From an uncultured Bacilli bacterium (lineage in GTDB: Bacteria; Bacillota_I; Bacilli_A; RF39; UBA660), in the NCBI GenBank assembly GCA_949841325.1, contig CATKZK010000004.1, positions 1 through 63,179 of the forward strand: a DNA stretch of 63,179 bases, read 5' to 3'. A program made the translations under genes and the position numbers. The notes under the pieces were generated by a model, which was not told the DNA's origin, did no database searches, and saw only the letters and a program-made list of their open reading frames with translations. Below, piece by piece: positions 59,919 to 63,179 of the stretch. Position 1 is the stretch's first letter, and every line of letters begins with the position of its first letter.

Positions 59919-60809
59919 ATGGAAAAAATAGAACCTATTTATTTGACCTATGAAGAAATTTTAGAATTATTAAAACATGAAATTGGTCATGGAACAGATG
60001 GTACAGTATTACGATATCAATACAATACTTTAATTAAGATTTATCATAGCAAGATACATGAGATATTAAAAGACTTAGAGAGATTTCAAGATGATGTTAA
60101 AATCTATAAAAGGAATCGTATAGAAAAAACAGATCAACCTATCGTTGCTTATTTTTATAACGAAGAAAACAATGAACATCTTAGATTACAAAAAAAGGAA
60201 GCCATTCGATTCGCTATTAATAAACAAAGGAATGTCAGTAGAACAAAATTGCCTGAAAATATGGTCTATATAGAAAAATTATTTGGTGGCTGCCTTTTAA
60301 GAAGAGCTCATGGAATGGAGATTCATAGATTGATAAATTTACCGCTCAAGTATCGTGGGTATATCATGTTAGAAGTTATTGAAAGTGTAAGGGAGTTACT
60401 TGAAAACTATATTTACCCTATCGATATGGGGAATTCTCTCTATGCTAAAGATTGTGTTGTTACCAAAAACGATGGAACAATCTCTTATAGTGGACATTCT
60501 CATGTGTTTGTCAATTTATTAAATAGAAAAATAAGCATTATTGATTTGGATGGACATTCTGCTATATATACAGACCGTTATAATGAAGAGTTTGAAAAAA
60601 AGGTGTTCTTTGGATTGTGTCAATTATTAGTCGAATTCTTTTTAGATATTGACGTATACGATATGCTCGATAAGGATTATGAAAAAGATACACTTGCTTA
60701 TTATTTAGAAAATGCCCAAGTAAAAAAAGAGTATATAGATTCACTAAGTATTTATGATTTAGATATAGATCAAATTGAAGATACAGTGAAGTCTTTGATA
60801 AAAAAGTAA
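59919..60809 (+). CDS. Protein-kinase-like fold protein (atypical)
   Basis: IGHGTDGTV Gly loop, LIKIY Lys, YPIDMGN catalytic-loop-like, IIDLD DFG-like. Confidence 0.5.
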   Translation: MEKIEPIYLTYEEILELLKHEIGHGTDGTVLRYQYNTLIKIYHSKIHEILKDLERFQDDVKIYKRNRIEKTDQPIVAYFYNEENNEHLRLQKKEAIRFAINKQRNVSRTKLPENMVYIEKLFGGCLLRRAHGMEIHRLINLPLKYRGYIMLEVIESVRELLENYIYPIDMGNSLYAKDCVVTKNDGTISYSGHSHVFVNLLNRKISIIDLDGHSAIYTDRYNEEFEKKVFFGLCQLLVEFFLDIDVYDMLDKDYEKDTLAYYLENAQVKKEYIDSLSIYDLDIDQIEDTVKSLIKK

Positions 60810-60811
60810 AC

Positions 60812-60841
60812 ATAAAACAACATCAAAAGATGTTGTTTTAT
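60812..60841. terminator. Bidirectional terminator
   Basis: ATAAAACAACATC/GATGTTGTTTTAT inverted repeat between convergent genes. Confidence 0.7.
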
Positions 60842-60845
60842 TGTG

Positions 60846-61070
60846 TTATAGCAAAGAGCCATCTTCATTTGATGTATATTCGATGATATCACCAGGTTGG
60901 CATTTTAATGTTTTGCAAATCGCTTCTAATGTTGAAAAACGTATGGCTTTTGCTTTTCCTGTTTTTAGATTTGATAGATTAGCGGGTGTAATTCCTATAT
61001 TCATTGCAAGTTCTTTCAATGTTATTTTTCTATCCGCCATGACTCTATCAAGTCGCATAATTAATCCCAT
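60846..61070 (-). CDS. Cro/C1-type (XRE) HTH transcriptional regulator
   Basis: ITLKELA…ANLSNLKTGKAKAIRFSTLEAIC…CQPGDII. Confidence 0.9.
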   Translation of the reverse strand: MGLIMRLDRVMADRKITLKELAMNIGITPANLSNLKTGKAKAIRFSTLEAICKTLKCQPGDIIEYTSNEDGSLL

Positions 61071-61137
61071 AAAATCACCTATCACTTTCTCTATCTTATA
61101 TACTTAATTATAACATAAAATTATTGAATATCAACAA

Positions 61138-61377
61138 CTATTTATTGTAGTTTTCGTAATAATCACGTTCTGATAGTACATCTAGTAAATTATTTAAAAC
61201 ATCATCCCCACATTGGTTATAAATCTCTTCAATTTCCAAAAACAAATCAGATAAACTTTGTTTATCTTCATAAGAAATCTGATATTCTTTTAAAATATCC
61301 ATCTGTTCTTGTGAGAGATATAGGTTTTTGTTTACTTTTTTTAACATTGTATATTCAGGATTTATTTCTATTTCCAT
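61138..61377 (-). CDS. Hypothetical protein
   Basis: 79-aa ORF, RBS GGAGG. Confidence 0.6.
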   Translation of the reverse strand: MEIEINPEYTMLKKVNKNLYLSQEQMDILKEYQISYEDKQSLSDLFLEIEEIYNQCGDDVLNNLLDVLSERDYYENYNK

Positions 61378-61407
61378 TTCTTTCCTCCATAAAAAAGGAT
61401 TGTAATC

Positions 61408-61782
61408 CTATTTAATAAAACTCATTAAATCAACTGTATTTAGAAAATAATATCCAGCAATAAAAATAATAGAGAAGATAATAACAAAGAATAAAAGAGG
61501 CATAAAATCCTTAATTGAAATTTTCTTTTTCTTTTGTTCTTGTTCTACAATATGGATACGTACGGTATCTTCTGTCATATTATCCACAAATTCAATCGTT
61601 TTTTCTAATTCTTCATTTTCTTCCATTTCAGGAAGGGTAATTAAGTTTGTATTAACTAGGGCTTCATCGACATCATAATAGTCCTCACCATGAATACTTT
61701 TTAATACTTTTTCAATTTCTTCATCAAAATTAGGAACAAAATTATTATGAATATCAAATAATTGAATGGTGTCTGTATTCAT
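61408..61782 (-). CDS. Hypothetical acidic protein with a C-terminal TM helix
   Basis: True start MNTDTIQ at 61782 behind AAAGGAGG; the track's upstream extension is not credible. Confidence 0.6.
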   Translation of the reverse strand: MNTDTIQLFDIHNNFVPNFDEEIEKVLKSIHGEDYYDVDEALVNTNLITLPEMEENEELEKTIEFVDNMTEDTVRIHIVEQEQKKKKISIKDFMPLLFFVIIFSIIFIAGYYFLNTVDLMSFIK

Positions 61783-61918
61783 GTGTTTGCCTCCTTTGCT
61801 ATTTTTAATCTTATCATAAATTCCATATGAATACAATAGGACTAAAAATATCCCGTTTTCCGACTGAATTCTTTGACACATAAAGGGAGTTGTGTTATTA
61901 TTGTTATTATAGGAGGAT

Positions 61919-63179
61919 ATGAACATGAGTACGAAAAAGACAGATGAGATGCAAGCAAGTGTTGCTAATTTTATCGATGAACTCGAAAAGCGAATTGCTA
62001 CACTTAACTCTTTAACAATGAAATCGAACTTGGATCCTAAAAAACGCGACGAAATCGTATTCATTGTACAAAAATATATTCCTTCCATAGAAGAATTGAC
62101 AGATTACGATATTACAAAGTTTTCTTATGAGGATATCCAAAGATTGTTGGTATTAATTCCCATGAGTGATGCTGAAGAAAAAAAGATTAGCAGAAAATTT
62201 AGAGAAAATGTAAAAAAGGCAAAGGCAAGTGAACATTATGCACTAGATACAGAACTTCGCTTCTTTTTTAAAGATATTCAACATAAAATAGTAACATATC
62301 TTCATGATTTTGAAGAAATCGATCGTGAGCAAGATAAGAATCAACAAGCGATGATTGAAGAATATACCAAATATATTCAATTGTTAAAAAAAGAATCATT
62401 TCAACTCTTCTTTGAAGATTTTAAAAATTTAGAAAAATTAATGGGAAAGATTTCTATTCCTATGCATGATCGTGCTTTAATATTAAAGTATTTAGCTCTT
62501 CAAAATATCAAAGTAGTAAATCCGGACTTATCTGAGATGACAGAGGAGTATTTAAATCTCTCTTGCCAGACCAGTAAGTTTTTAGCCAAATGCCAAGGAA
62601 ATTATGAGAAGGCAGAAGAAAGAAAAGTTTTGGAAATGGTAAATGATCAAGGAATTCAAATTGATGTTGATTTAATTCCTATGATTTCTTTAAATATAGC
62701 AGAGAGGATGAGCATGAGTGTTGAAGCGGTAAAAAATGTTTTACTTGCCAATGTCCTTATGAATCTGTTTGAAGGCTATCAACAGGCTACTATAAAGAAA
62801 GATGAAGATTTACAGCTATATTATAAAGAGCAATTAAATGCCCTTTTAAAGTTTGAAAAAAAGGTGAAGTGTCGTGCCATTGTGGATGCAGAAGAATTAC
62901 TTCGGAATAATCAAGAAATGTGTGAGTTGATTGAAGGGTTTGGACCTTTTGTGGATGAATATGAAAATAGACTCGTATCAGAAATTGAACAAGATTTTTC
63001 TATTGATCATGCCCTTGCTGTCCGTTTTAAAAGCATGCCAATTGTGCGGGAAATTAAAACGACCCTTGCTCATCTTAAACTATTAGATCCTAGGGATGAA
63101 CATTATGGAGAAGGGATCAAAGTTTTAAAAGAATTAATGAAAGAATATAGTGAACTAAATAAAAACGAAAAGAAAAGAA
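61919..63179 (+). CDS. Large helical hypothetical protein, partial (runs off the window end)
   Basis: RBS AGGAGG, ATG 61919 (MNMSTKKTDEMQ…); frame open as far as translated by hand; missing from the ORF track because no stop lies inside the window. Confidence 0.65.
   Translation, partial: MNMSTKKTDEMQASVANFIDELEKRIATLNSLTMKSNLDPKKRDEIVFIVQKYIPSIEELTDYDITKFSYEDIQRLLVLIPMSDAEEKKISRKFRENVKKAKASEHYALDTELRFFFKDIQHKIVTYLHDFEEIDREQDKNQQAMIEEYTKYIQLLKKESFQLFFEDFKNLEKLMGKISIPMHDRALILKYLALQNIKVVNPDLSEMTEEYLNLSCQTSKFLAKCQGNYEKAEERKVLEMVNDQGIQIDVDLIPMISLNIAERMSMSVEAVKNVLLANVLMNLFEGYQQATIKKDEDLQLYYKEQLNALLKFEKKVKCRAIVDAEELLRNNQEMCELIEGFGPFVDEYENRLVSEIEQDFSIDHALAVRFKSMPIVREIKTTLAHLKLLDPRDEHYGEGIKVLKELMKEYSELNKNEKKR

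Noticed and set aside
61783-62088. N-terminal extension of the 61408..62088 ORF
   Set aside because: It overlaps the RBS and start of the long plus-strand gene at 61919; a strong RBS supports ATG 61782 instead.
1-63179. Genetic code 4 (Mollicute-type TGA=Trp)
   Set aside because: Several genes end at TGA (e.g. 2337, 45344, 47055), long ORFs use TGG for Trp, and peptidoglycan enzymes are present.

Overview
AT-rich bacterial chromosomal segment read with genetic code 11 (TGA ends genes). Small-genome, low-GC Bacillota gene content suggests a Bacilli RF39-like gut lineage; this is inference only. Most of 7.6-63 kb is housekeeping or envelope-stress DNA: D,D-carboxypeptidases, addB-addA plus an interrupted UvrD/HelD-like helicase, rubrerythrin, trxB, tRNA-Cys, an ABC export cluster, an RNB nuclease, DAG kinase, YfhO, typA, FemAB, nrdD-nrdG, a split BceRS/BceAB-like module, VanZ, VanY-like and RluA. 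Three things stand out. (1) Positions 200-5300 are an array of single-gene units separated by degenerate ~33-nt repeats ending in a tRNA-like (G)GCACCA. The same repeat, plus a palindromic trailer, recurs next to tRNA-Cys at 24-25 kb, and no integrase is present in the window. This is a candidate integron-like cassette system built on tRNA-end sites. (2) One unit carries a LeuRS with substituted synthetic-site and editing-site motifs. It lies behind an unannotated 30-aa leader peptide (7 UUA codons) with a terminator/antiterminator pair, i.e. ribosome-mediated attenuation rather than a T-box. (3) Smaller items: an A16 promoter spacer, a three-hairpin sRNA candidate, a type I toxin-like peptide, and five genes broken by single-base lesions. 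All alignments and counts were done by eye; no database searches were run.
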